From NCBI GenBank assembly GCA_030295235.1, contig AP026130.1:186001-250000 (forward strand): DNA of 64,000 bases, written 5' to 3'. How positions within the stretch are numbered: position 1 is the first letter of the stretch; each line of letters opens with the position of its first letter. Shown in pieces: positions 12,895 to 30,587 of the stretch. The stretch comes from Fistulifera solaris (Eukaryota). The position numbers and the translations under genes are program-made. A model generated the notes under the pieces. It was given only the letters and a program-made list of their open reading frames with translations, ran no database searches and was not told the origin of the DNA.

Positions 12895-13291
12895 GTTCAA
12901 ATTACTGAAAACGAATGAAATTGGCAAAAACAGGTCCCTAGGCGAGATTTAAATGTGTCTATTAAAACAATTTGTTTTTTTGACGATGCGGCTAGCATTA
13001 TTTCAGTTAAAATAAAAGGCAAACATCTCGATCATTTGATGTCGAAAAGCTGGTGATCCTGCTAGGAAATCATTTTGTTGCTGTCGCACCGCAATACCCC
13101 CCTCGTTCGTCATTCGACCGTCTCGGATGTCCGACGTCAGCACAAAGCAGTCTTGAGTCTTGAACGCGAACGTCAGTGTGATTCACGGATCGGCGGCTTC
13201 TTGAACAGTTAGATACGGCTGCAACATGATGAAGCGCCACATACCTTTGGCTGTTGCTGCTAAACAACAATAACAACAAACCTCTTTCACC

Positions 13292-14184
13292 ATGGCTCCT
13301 TTGAAATCACTTGTTGCTCTCTTATTCAGTTTGAGTGCTGCTTCGGCATTCACTCCCTCGAAAAATGTCGTGCCCAAGGTGACGAGGTAAGGCAGAGAGA
13401 GAGAATGGGATTTGTAGGCGCATGTCTCCAAAGCAAGAAATGAAACTGTATCCACGGAGTTGCAATGCAAAAGAAATCCTCGATTCCTTCATTGCTTTTT
13501 CAAACGAAACAACGACGATAGCCTTGCTACTGCATAGGATTCGCGTTGGCCCGACAAGTCCTCGTAGTATTCATTATTTGCCCTCTTTGTCGTGACTCTC
13601 TTTCTCACACACACTCTCTATTACAGCATCCAAGGCGCCAACCTCGGTGCCCCGGAAATTTTCGAAGACGCCACAGCCGATTGGGCGAAACAATTCCCCG
13701 CCTTTGCCAAGTACGGTTGGGGACCGTCCGTCCAAGCCGAAAAGTGGAACGGCCGACACGCCATGTTTGGATGGTTCTTTATTTGTGCCACCGCCTACTG
13801 CAAGGGCCACGGATTGATTCCGGATGCCGAATCCTTGGTCAGTTTCAAGGATTGGGGTACCTTGGCCACCATTTCGGGCAAAAATACCATCACCAATGAA
13901 CGTGCCATTATCTTGGCCGCCAATGCCCACTTTTTCGGAGTCTCCTTGATGGCCACCTTTGCCCTCCCTCGCAGGGGAGATACCTTGTTCACCGAACCCA
14001 CCGTCAACCAGCCCACGGGATACGGATACATGCCCAAGTTCAATATGGGTTTGACGCAAGAAGCCGAAATCCTCAATGGACGTTTGGCGATGCTCGGTTT
14101 GATGGCCTTGGTGGTCGCCACGGCGGTCGAACAGAAGGATATGCTAGACATTGTCAACGAATGGTGGGTGGTGCCTACTTTTAA
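13292..14184 (+). CDS. RedCAP: RedCAP, red-lineage chlorophyll a/b-binding-like protein (intron 13387-13626; frameshift ~14165)
   Basis: Exon 1 reads MAPLKSLVALLFSLSAASAFTPS (ASAF motif). The GTAAG...TACAG intron gives KVT-SIQGAN. Helices AEKWNGRHAMFG, TITNERAIILAANAH and AEILNGRLAMLG. Adding one G gives the C-terminus NEWVGGAYF*. Confidence 0.85.
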
Positions 14185-14565
14185 AGAAGTTGAATGATTC
14201 CATTTCTACTTTTTAAAAATAGTCTAGTCCATTCGTTTGCCACACACAAAGTAGTAGTTTCTAGTTGTTAAATAGACTATAACTAAGCCCAATCGTTTTA
14301 GTATTTTAGCTTACACAAATAGAGTTTTAAAAAAATCTGCGACCTCGTTCGTTGCAACATGGTAGCTCAACTGATAAAATAAATAATAGGAGTACGGAGT
14401 AGAGATCTTCGTGTTAATTAGAAGATACTTTAGATTATGGCTAACATCTTGTTGAAAATTGTAGCTATAGAGAGTTATTATGATCTCGTTCGTAGCAGCA
14501 TTCTTTTTTCTATTTGTTTGATTCCTATTACTTTTAGCTTTCTTGTCTCAATTTCCTTCCACGCT

Positions 14566-16093
14566 TTACACCTGCGCCTTACCATCATCATCCTCATCAC
14601 TCGCGGTCGTGTTCTTGTCGTACCCGTATTCTCGTCCCTTCGTTTTCTTGAGTTCTTCTTCATCAATGCCTTGATACGCTTTTCCCGCATTGTACCCATG
14701 AAAGACTTTGGCGGTGATTTCCACCATGGCATCTTCCGGTACCATTTCCGGTGGAATTTCGACCCGATTGACAATTTGAATGCCCGTTGAAACAATGGCA
14801 TTGTATTTCATATCACTCATACTGATGAAATTATGAATTTTGGTGACACCCAAGAAATGCAAGGGATCCGGCATGAGCGCTTGGAAGCGGGTATCTTGGA
14901 CGCCGGCCACTTGTTCCGTACAACGAAAGTACCGGTCGGCACTGTCCCCTCCTTCTTGTCGTTTGCGCGTGTTGTACACCAAATACTTGGTGACTTCACC
15001 CAACGATCGTCCTTCTTTGCGATAGTAAATGACAATCCCACAACCACCCCGTTGCGCCGTTTTGATGCATTCTTCAATGGCGTGCGTCAAATAGGGCCGA
15101 CAGGTACAAATGTCACTCCCAAAGACATCGGAACCGTTGCATTCGTCGTGGACGCGACACGTCAATTCAATGTCTTCATCGGGGATGGTGGCCGGATCAC
15201 CCCAAATGTAAATCGTTAAACCCCCGATCGGCGGCAGAAAAATTTTAATGTCGGGCCGGGTAATGAGTTCGGGGTACATGCCGTTCGTCATGCGGAAAAT
15301 GGAATGTCGCAAATGCGTTTCCGTCGTTTGAAAGCGCCGCGCAATTTCGGGCAAATACCAGACCGGTTCAATGGCGGCCTTGGCAACGACCGACTGTCCC
15401 GAAGACAACAAGATTTTGCCATCCGGAATCAATCGTCCCGACGCGACGCCTTCGCGACATTCGGGCAAATCAATGTGGGCTTTCGTGACGGCAATGGTCG
15501 GACGAATATCCCATCCCTTCTCCAACCAATCGCCGTAACATTGTGTGACAATGTGCCCAAAGGGATCGATCGAACCGATCTTTTTGGGATCACTCCACGC
15601 CGGATGCGGACCAATGGGAAAGACGGGACTCGTGAGGGACAAATCGGGGACGTAATTGGGATCGAGTTTGTTCGCCGCGACGGCCAAGCCGGTATAAATA
15701 CAGTAGGATCCTTGATGCGCTCCGATGGCGTTGCGTTGCGACGAATGGGTGACGGTACAAATGACGGGACCGCGGACGCGCGGATCGGGATGTCCCCAAC
15801 TGATGGGCACCGGATCGACGCCAAACGCGTCGGGATGCGACGTCAATTGAATGTGATCGGAATCGTGAAAGTCGGGAATGGGAATGCCGTCTTGTTCTTA
15901 ATAATGAGAGTGAGAATGAGAGTGAGAGAATGTAAGACAAGAAAGACACTCAGCATCTCTGTAACAACGCACCATGATGCTCGGTACGAGCTTTTTTGCT
16001 CACACGCGGCGTCAATCCTCCCATATTCTCTTCCGTGTTATTGTTGTCGGTATCCCGTGTCGTCATCGTCGTTGTTGTTACTTCGGGTTTCAT
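14566..16093 (-). CDS. urg1: URC1/URG1-type GTP cyclohydrolase II-like protein (intron 15897-15972)
   Basis: N-terminal extension WGHPDPRVRGPVI...RNAIGAHQGSY. Zinc site RVHDECNGSDVFGSDICTCRPYL; also RKEGRSLGEVTK and SMSDMKY. The GTGCGT...TAAG intron joins MKPEV...EHH to the main ORF. Confidence 0.88.
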
Positions 16094-16428
16094 CGTTGAT
16101 CTTACTCGGTTGTATTGGATTATGACAACCAGCAATAAAACAGCAATAAAGAGAATGTACCAGGTGATGTCACTTTTGAATGGAAATGCGAGAATCTTGC
16201 ATTCCGAAGGAACCGAATGTTCCGTTTGAGGGTTTCTACAGTTTCGACCGCAGTCATTCGAGTACCGCTCAATGACCTCCCTGGCCGGGATGACGTACTT
16301 GCCAAGACTTGCTTCCGACGTCGATCGGAATGGTACTAAACGAAAGAAAACTAAGGCTTTATGAGTCTTGACTAGTCTCGACTAGTCAGTCTACGGATCC
16401 AACAAAAAAGAAAGGATTTCCACTACTA

Positions 16429-19396
16429 CTACTTGCTAGTGCTACTACTAGGATCCGATGACGACTCTGATGCTTGTTTGGGTTGCTTCTCCCCCGTCGA
16501 AAGACTCAACAAAATACGGTCCATGTCGGCATCGCGACCTTCTTCCACAAATTGCACCAACTTGTGTTCATCGATCCATTGGATCAATTCTTGTACGGTA
16601 AATATACCATCCGAGTTTTCGTCCATATTCTTGGCCAGCTGGCGGGCTTCTTCCAAGGAAATCTTGCGTTTCAACACTTGTTGGAGGACTTCGGCCAGTT
16701 CGTCTTGGGATAAAATTCCGTCCTTGTCCTTGTCCAAATAGTGCAGTTTGTCGCCAATTTTCACTTCGGTTTCCGTCAACTGGACTTCAATCTTGTCCAC
16801 CATGGACTCGATACGCTTTTTCAAACGACGAATCACCACATCGTCTTCCGATTCTTCGGTCTCGGGTGTAGTTACTTCTTCCGTCGGAGCCGTCGTCGTG
16901 ACGGTAGTCGACTCGGCACTTTCCTTGGCGGCACGGTCCTCACTCTCGCGGATGGTTGATTCGACCAACCGGTCCGCTTCTTCGGACGACATGGGTCCCG
17001 GTGCTGTGGCTTCCGGTGTCGGTACTTTGTCTTCCGCAGGTTTGCCCGTTTCTTTCTCCCCTTCGGTTTCGGGTTTCTCCTTTTGCATTGCGGCTTTGAT
17101 CTTTTCCAACTGAGCACGCTCCATACTCACGGGATCTTCGGACAGCAACTGGGAAATGGCGTCCATTTCAGCCGAAGTCAGTGAATGCTCTGCTTTCGTC
17201 TCGGACATTTCTTCCTTACTTTCCTTTGGAGAAGGAACTGTTTTCATTGTCTCTGTTGCAGCAACGGCCACGGGTTCTGTCTGGGCAGGCGTCGCTGTAG
17301 TAGACACGGGTTCTTCTATAGGAGCCTTCTCCGCGTCGGCGTCCGTCGTTGCTCCCGACTCGGTTTTGACTTTTTGTTTCTTGGCCGCCTCACGGGCCGC
17401 TTCTTCTTCGCGAATCAACTCATTTTGCTTCGACAAAACTTCCAATTTAATCTTTCGAACGTCGGGATTGGACATTTTTTCTTCGGATGTCGCCACGTTC
17501 AAAATCACTTCGTTCAGTACTTCCTTGTCGAGACCCGAAATGGTGTCCGCCAATCCCGCCAAAGATTCACGGGGTTTCTCTTCATCGGGTTTGCGCTCAA
17601 ACGCTTCTTCTTGCAAAAAGAAAGTACGACTCATGATGAGCAAGGAGATAGGGACATTCTTTTCTACACTCAACTCCAACCATTGAATCAACATCCGTTT
17701 GAACGCGTCCTTACTTAACCCCGTCGAACGCATCCCTCGTTCCCGACAAGCTTCTCGTAATTCCATTTTCGTCAAAGAATCAATGCCTTCCCACAAGATG
17801 CGTTGGTCGTCCTCTTTCAGAATACGAATGCGGTGTCGCAGTTGGAAGCGTAAAAACGAGTCCGAACCGTACGGAGGAATGCCCATGTATTTACACATAT
17901 TAATGAGTTGCATCCGTGGCATGTTGTCCAACGTCAAGTCGTCTTGAAAGTAAGTGGCATACTTGATAATCAACTCCGGCGGAATCGTTCGTCCGCTGCG
18001 AGCGCTCTCCAAAAATTCCAGCATGGATCGTGCGGAGTCTTCCTGTTCGTGCATTCCTACCTCATCGCCAGCTTCTTGCAATTCTTTCGTCTTCTTTTTC
18101 GCTTTGCGTCTCTGTTCTTTGGCCAACTCCTCAAGTGTTCTTTTGAGTACGGCGGAGAGCAGGAGTGAGAAACAATCACTGGTGATTGTCGAGTGCATGA
18201 CTGTCAAATACAAATAAAAACTTACTCGTGGAAGAAGCTGGCCATGGCAATGCGTGACTGTAGTTCTCGTTTCATGTTTTCCTCATTCTTGAGCGAATCT
18301 TGAAAGGTACTGGGGAGCATGTTCGGGAAGAGACGCAGCACAAAGGGCAAGGCAAATTCACCCAACGGAATGATAATGAACATGCTGAATGGAACCATTC
18401 GGAACAGATCCGATACGGTTCGTAACAGTTGCTTCCGTTCACGACGTGTCAAGGAAGAACCTTGCAAGGTCTTGACTACCAAACTGCGAGATGTTTGAAT
18501 GTCAGCCCATAGCAACTACACAATGAAAATGAAGCAATCCAGCAATGGTGAGTTTGTGGTTTCATCACTTTACAAAAAAACTCGATTCCTCCACGTACCT
18601 TGAAACCAACCCAATAGTGATGTATTTCGTCCTTGACGGCCTGTTTCATGTCGGCATACTTCTGCCGCGTCTCCGTCGGATGGGTCAAATAATAGTATAA
18701 ATTCCCCGGCAACTGGAAAAGAACCGCAACAACGTCGTAAATGCCGAAATCGTCACATCGACACCTTTTCGTACAATACTCCGGGGACTCGTCTTTGTGA
18801 GGGATTCCAGTGGATTCATTTCGGGCTCGGACGGTGGCGTCGGAATGCGGGTCGGATCGAGTTTGTGTTTGACCACCGGACGGTGCCGTCCGCGCCGCTA
18901 CCGAAAGCGAAGGTGGCACGGAGGATGACGAAGAGTCGGAAGGTGGCGTCGGAGATGTTGAAAATTGCGCCAATTGTTGCAACCAAGGGGATTGAGTAGG
19001 AATGTTAAAATTGAAATGATAATGGTTTCGATGTCTGCGATGACTTTCTCCGCCGCCAGACTTTGTCACAATTGTTTGCGCTGACGGAATTATTCGGAAT
19101 TCCTTGGCTTCTAGCACATTGGTCGATGGAAGGATCGTCGCGTCTTGCAACGCTGCAAGTTCCGAAGAAGACCAGCCGACGTACAGTGACGACTGGAGTT
19201 GACTGCACGACGAAAGAGGCGAGAGCAGTCGTTCATTATAATAAGAAGATTCCATCCCGATTTGACTTCCACTTTCCGACGTCTTGGGCAGATCCAAAAA
19301 GACCGACGAGCGAACGATAGAATCGGTTGGTCGTCTCTTCCAATGGCTACGCGCAATTTGCCGCAAAGCACCACTTTTTCGACATAGATTCATCAT
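16429..19396 (-). CDS. LETM1: Mitochondrial LETM1/Mdm38 protein with EF-hands (introns 18516-18598 and 18140-18225; frameshift ~18800)
   Basis: HHYWVGFK-LLWADI, LTRRERKQLLRTVSDLFRMVPF, FPNMLPSTF and ELREACRERGM. EF-hands DKDKDGILSQDE and DENSDGIFTVQE. Basic mitochondrial-type N-terminus. Confidence 0.92.
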
Positions 19397-19882
19397 GTTT
19401 ATAACTGTGAGAGTTATATAGTGTGAAGGCAAAGAAACGAAAACAACAACAATAAGATGCCGGTTCTCTTTTTTCGCTCTGTTTCGTTTGGATTTTTTTT
19501 TGCGGGCGTATCGAAACGGTCCGTTTGCGCAAAAAAGAAACGGCCCGAGGCGCGCCACTCCGCGCTCGGGAATGAATGAGTCCCCTTCGTCTATGCTGCA
19601 ACCGTGCGTTATTAGTTCTTGGAGCTTCGTGCGGTCCTCGGATTTTCGGTGGTCGACTGTGTATGCGCCAGTCGCCGCAAGCAAAATGCCGTCTTTCTAT
19701 CATACGTAAAGTACAGTATGGAATCATCTCAGGGTTCCAGGTGCCAGAAACGATTTCTCCCGCCGCAGCAGACGACAACCAAGGCGACAACGGAGGACGA
19801 GGCCTCGACAACAACGCGGCTTTAAACGAGGCTTTATTCTCGCTGATTAGGATATATTTTTGGAAAGCATACAAAAGAGACT

Positions 19883-25038
<5,156 letters not shown>

Positions 25039-25655
25039 CGTTTCTTCACACGCGCTGCGATTGCCGTCACTCTTCTACTCAATAAATGATGGAATCAAGA
25101 TTCTAATTTCATTCCCCGGCGCTTGGTTATTCAGGAAAACGGGAGCCTGTCATTATTATTTATTTATGCGACGAGGATCGACGCAAAACATCGTCGTCGT
25201 CGTGACCCCGCGTTTCCCGCTGGGCAAAAATGGATGGCCCGCCTCTTTGTGATGGGGAAACGTGTGATACGTCGTACCGCGTCTCAACATATAATCTCTA
25301 TCAGTAAGGGTACGTCACGTTTCCATTTCATTCCTATGAAATCGTGACAGAGTTGCAGTAGTCTCTAGAGTCTGCCCTAAACCTAGCACCGTCCTTCTGC
25401 TCTTTCCATGATCTAACTTTCAACTACCATTTGTAAAGCAAGGGTTGATTGTTACTTCAACGAGATGTAGACGGAAGATGGCGGACTGCATGGCAGTCAT
25501 GAACCATCACAAACGTTCCGCACCTTAGACTGCTACCTAACGACCGTTCCTTGTATCATTATTTGAAAAGTGTATTATTTGTCTTTCTAGTACAAACGTT
25601 TGCATTGCATCTCTCACTATGATGTTTGATTTGGTGTGGATTGTTCTATTTCGTA

Positions 25656-25710
25656 TTCACTGTAGAACCAAGTGTAGACGACTTTTGCCACGACTGCATT
25701 CAGTCACGAG
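25656..25710 (+). repeat. Dispersed intergenic element, copy 3
   Basis: TTCACTGTAG...TGTAGACGACTTTTGCCACGACTGCATTCAGTCACGAG aligns with 61141-61197 and 9030-9083. Confidence 0.7.
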
Positions 25711-25993
25711 GACATATTCGTTTTTTAGATAACAAGCATATCGAATGAGAACGGAGGACTCCGCCCTTTTCCAATATCTACCATGAAGCCACTCACAGAA
25801 GTAAGGCCGTTGCGAAGGGTGAATTCGACACATGACGAAGCGGACGATAGATTGCAAAAATTCATGCAGCGACGCTTCTAGACCACGCATGTGGGTCGCG
25901 TTAGCGACTCATTGCTTCTCACACACGAACTATGGAATACGCTTTTATATGGAATAATTTACATGTTACAATACTCTCCGCAATTCATCTGAA

Positions 25994-27300
25994 TTATACT
26001 TCATGGCGTTCCATGTCATCGTCTGCTATATAACTCGAAGACGTCACACTGGGCGGTTGCGCGAAACTAGAATTGTTCTGAGTGGTCGACATGGAATCGA
26101 AACGCAAATCTTGACTATCGGTGCTACTTCTTTGTGTTGTGCAAGTGCTCAATCGTGCCGGAGACTTGTTGTTGCTGTAGGTCGTTACCGCGTCGCCTAC
26201 TTTTTTCGTAACGGTTTGTGCGACGACCTTCGCATTCCGAAAGATAGTTTCGGCGGTTTGTGAGTTACGAGCCTTTCCGAGCATGGACATGAGGTGCGAT
26301 CCGCCCCGACGGAGTGTTTCGGTAGTTTGATGGGTCTTGTACACGGCTCGGTTGTCAAATGTAGGGCAGTAGGATAAAAGCTTTCCTTGATTGTCGGTTT
26401 CGAAAACATCTACTATAGTCATCGTGACCAGATCACCAATTTGCAACTGATTCACAAATTCATCATTACTATGTGATTGTTTCGGTCCATGGCGGTGTTC
26501 GGACAAAGGAGCAAATTCGTTCATCCAAGTCCAAACAACACGGTGTGCCGCTGTCACTCGATATCGTCCGCCGGCAATCCTCATCACCGTCAAGCCAGGT
26601 GGGTCGATTATATTTAAATGGTCACCTCCAGGCATCAGTGCTAATTCAAATATCGGAAAAATGTGAGAGAAAAGAGGAGAACAATATCGAACGAAAAAAG
26701 ACAGAACAATGCTGGGAGATGCAAAGCAGCCACGCGTACTCGTCAATCAGCATACGTTGTCTTACCTAGCCATCTTAAAAATAATTGTGAAATCGACGAA
26801 ATGCCAGCAGCAGCTTCTAATTCGATCCCCTCGAGTCGTTCGATGCCAAATAACTGCGATGCAGTGTGTGCTTGCGGCAGCACCACTTCGGCGTCATCGG
26901 CAAATACAACAAACGGCAATGGCGTAGCTATCGAGGTCGCTTTTGGTTCATGAAACGCGACCGACTCGGCTTCGGTGAGTGACTCATTGTCGTATTCGGC
27001 ATTCCATTGCTCCAAGGTCGTCGCGCCTCGCGCCGGATGCGTCGCCAGAGCTTTCTGAAACTCCTCCGGATTGCTGAGTAAATACAGCAGCGCTAAATGC
27101 ATTTCGTGAATTGTGTCTGTCGCATCCGCGTGACTTGTCGAGTGGTAATGCCCCGTCATGGACGATGTTCCGGCCATGGTGTGTATGGCCAGATAGGATT
27201 CCGAGTCTGCGACAGAAGCATGATCCATAGACTCGAATTCGCCATTGGTTGCTTCGCTGCGTTGAAAGTCATATGCTGACAGAGGACTTTGTTGGTTCAT
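25994..27300 (-). CDS. Hypothetical protein (intron 26641-26765)
   Basis: Two ORFs joined in frame by GTAAG...TTAG (FLRWL-ALMPGGDH). Globular-looking core; no family recognised. Confidence 0.65.
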
Positions 27301-28156
27301 TGTACGATTAAGCTCTAAATGTTGCTTGTAATCAATACCAGGTATGTTTTCAAGCGTCTTTCTTGAATAATATTCAATCTGTCGTTCATAATAAACAAAG
27401 ACGGCCGTTGAGCGAGAACGGAAGCTTTTGTGTGCCGTTGAGAGAAAAAGAAAACAGCGGCGAAGAAAAAGGACGGGGGCGCAGAATGACGTCGAGTTCG
27501 AGACCCGATAACCGGTTAACACGGGACTGACACCTAAGCATGATAAGGTTAGGACTTCTTCTTCTGGATGTGGCACTGTCGCATACACGTCACAAAATAC
27601 GTCACAAAGTAGTTCACAGATCACAGATGAAAGACGTACTATCGTTCGTAGTGTCGATCGTCTCTATTTTCTTATAAGTAGCGTTGACGTTTGCTCTTTG
27701 CATTCCGCGTCCGGGAGGAGAAGAAAGGTATTCGACTGTAAATAGTACAGAACAATGCCCACTCTAAATGCTCCGTGTGGCCAATCAAAATGGTCATTGA
27801 ACCACGAACGCGACAGGCAACACTTTCGTCTATAAGAGGGGATCCGATTGTGTTCTTTACTCTTGCAAGTGGGGAAGATTCCATTTCGAATTTAGGCACA
27901 ATGGACGCCGTAGATCGTAATTCGCGCTCTTATGTACCCTTCGGCATCGTGCATCGTTGCCAGTAGCAAAGGACTCCCACAAAACACAAGCGGGAAGGGA
28001 GAAAAGCCACCAAGAGTGGCGAGTGAATTCCTTCAAATGTGTTTCAGTGATAAAAGAGGACTTTCGTGAGTGTTTGGTACCGCCGACCTTGCAGTTTTTT
28101 CGCCGACGACAATCAATCGCTCATAAAAAACGATGCGATCATTCATTACCTCCACA

Positions 28157-29053
28157 ATGACAAGCACTTCGAACAGCACTTCCAAGATTGCACGTCGTCG
28201 CTCCATGCCAAAGTCCATCAACACCGATACCACCGAGCCCTCCTCGGTTTGCTCACGCATTCAAATAATGTTCAAGTCGTTATCCGATCGAACACTGATG
28301 AATTCGAATACCTCCGATCGACAATCGCTCTCCCAAACATTGAGTCGAACGTTTTCTTTACGGTGTTTTCACAACAACAAAACAGGCAAGGCGAAAGCCA
28401 ATGTGAGCATCCCCAAAGAAATAAGCGTAGGAACTCGCAAGGAGTTTCGTAAAGAAGCGGCGAAGAGAGCTAACCCGAGCTCCCCGAGGAAAACAAAGAA
28501 TGTAACTCCCATCGAAATTCATGTCAATGGTCTCGACACAGCGAGCACTTTTACTCCCAAGGACGTCAGTGTCGACATCCGAAAGACTGCTACAATGAAG
28601 AAAATCCGCTCCACGAGTATAGACGCGTCGCCGACGGAAATTTGTGTTGAAAGTCTTTGGACGTCTCCGAAGAATGATACCAGTCGCCGAAAAGAAACAA
28701 AACAGTCGTTTGCGACTCCTCCTCCTGCCGTCAAGAAGCAGATCACAATTCCTCTCTTGATGAGCCCTCAGAAGAGTCCTCCTCCCCGCGCTGTTTTAGC
28801 ACGCAGCTTGTTGGAGAATCAATCGAGCGATGCCGCATGGAAGTTGGAGAAACCTCCTATGCTGTCACGTGCTTCCCCACCCTCCCGCACCGTCAGTCGC
28901 TACGCTTCCTCCCAGAATCTCGTCAGTGCACATGCGACCCCCGCCCGACCGGAACTGTACAAACAAACGTCGGTGTACATTCCCAAAGCGGATTTGGACA
29001 AGTTGTGCAATATGTACGACGATATTGTCGACACTCCCTTTCGAGCTCACTAG
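28157..29053 (+). CDS. Hypothetical S/T/P/K-rich disordered protein
   Basis: Uninterrupted ORF of ~300 codons; no motif recognised. Confidence 0.5.
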   Translation: MTSTSNSTSKIARRRSMPKSINTDTTEPSSVCSRIQIMFKSLSDRTLMNSNTSDRQSLSQTLSRTFSLRCFHNNKTGKAKANVSIPKEISVGTRKEFRKEAAKRANPSSPRKTKNVTPIEIHVNGLDTASTFTPKDVSVDIRKTATMKKIRSTSIDASPTEICVESLWTSPKNDTSRRKETKQSFATPPPAVKKQITIPLLMSPQKSPPPRAVLARSLLENQSSDAAWKLEKPPMLSRASPPSRTVSRYASSQNLVSAHATPARPELYKQTSVYIPKADLDKLCNMYDDIVDTPFRAH

Positions 29054-29315
29054 AGGTCGAGGACGCGGAAAGAGCGAAACCAACGATTCATATTTTGAAA
29101 GTGTTCGACATTGTTCACTGATATAGTCAGTTGATCTTAAAAGCAGTTATTAGAAAATGAACACTTATTTGATAATAGAGTCGTGTCGTTGTACTTTGTT
29201 CGAGATTCTCTTTTCCTGCTCTCTCTAGAGTTCAATGTTTTTAACGACGCTGTTGGGATTGAGCAAGACCGTCGTTTTAGAAAGTTATTAGTTCTATGGA
29301 AATTCGATATGCTGT

Positions 29316-30118
29316 TTACACCGATAGCTGACTTGAGATGACAAAAGCGTTCTCGAAATCCGCAACAAAGGATGATTTAGCAAAGGAGTCACTGAACTTT
29401 ACTTCGGACGCCCACGTTGTCACGCAGGTGCTCGAATCAAATGGATTCCAGTCATCCGTACCGAAAGCGTCCTTAGCGATTTCGTTATGGTTTGGCAATG
29501 AATGAACCGGCATCTTCTTAGCAGCATTTTCTTGCATTGCTTTTGGTGCTTGTAACGTCGAGGGGTCCGGAGTATGTTCCTTTGTCTTTGCCCTTGATCG
29601 TACCGGCGTGCGATACCTTGGTGTCATAGGGACTGCTCGAGGCGGTAATTTCTCCGCTTGAATAGTTGTTGCTGATCGGTTTAAATCAGTCAGGATAAAA
29701 TCAATGTCGGGGCTTGGAAGTTTATTGTTCCGTACAGGCCTGCCATTGTTTTCAATCGTCGCCGCGAGAAGGACCGTCTTTTGACGGCTTCTTCGAGACT
29801 CGGGCCACGGCTTCGTTGGCTTTTTCGGGAGGCTCGAGAGCTGCTGGATCGTACCGTTTCCCTCAAGCGTGCTTCCGGCAGATTGTCAATCACATTTTGC
29901 TCTCGCTGGCTGCCCATCGATTCGTCGTGCCCAGCGCATTGCACGGCTTCGTCGAGTTCCCTTAGTTCTCGAGCAATATTGCGGGATACACGAGGGATAC
30001 CAATCGTTTGTTTCGGGGCTGGCATGTCGTTCCGTATCACTTTTTGAACTTTCTCTGTAGGAGTCACCTTTCTCCGCGGACTCGGAGGCTCCGCCCCTCG
30101 AATTCTGTTTGCTACCAT
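29316..30118 (-). CDS. Hypothetical low-complexity protein (probable frameshift ~29700)
   Basis: Two consecutive minus-strand ORFs; acidic-aromatic C-terminus (DAFGTDDWNPF, FSDSF, DFENAF). Confidence 0.45.
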
Positions 30119-30587
30119 TGATTTAATCACAAATTGTTGTTCAACCTTGTTTCTTTTCCTTTGTCGTCAGTTGCTATTGCTTGTCAAGTATCACTTGAAT
30201 GGGACTGCTCGCATGAGAATGAGAGCAGTTGGTGCAGAGTGTCTGGAAATGGAAACCATTCAACGCATCGTGGATCATGGGAAAGAGAACACAAAATTTA
30301 ATTTGTGAGCCAACGGGCATTTTCCCAATAGGAAATCTGTACCGACTTATTTTCAACGCATGGAAGACAGAATTTCGCTATGTACGAAACGGAAATTTTT
30401 ACGCGAAGCGGGAGCGGACGAGTTTTAGTTACATGCGCACCTCGCGCGCGCCGCCGCATCGGCATTATTCGTGAGTGACTCTGGCTCGTGACTTAACCAT
30501 TATAATTGCAATCATTCGTTCGAAATAATGTGGCGATAGACCTTGTTCATGTTGTCAAAGCTCATTCAGTCGATGCCCGTTCACCGA

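Noticed and set aside
14355..14430. tRNA-like start (GGTAGCTCAACTG)
   Set aside because: No T-arm (GTTCRA) and no cloverleaf pairing.
15304..16125. 273-aa plus-strand ORF, and similar antisense ORFs at 52231-53436 and 21347-22009
   Set aside because: Shadow ORFs opposite well-supported genes; no recognisable motifs.
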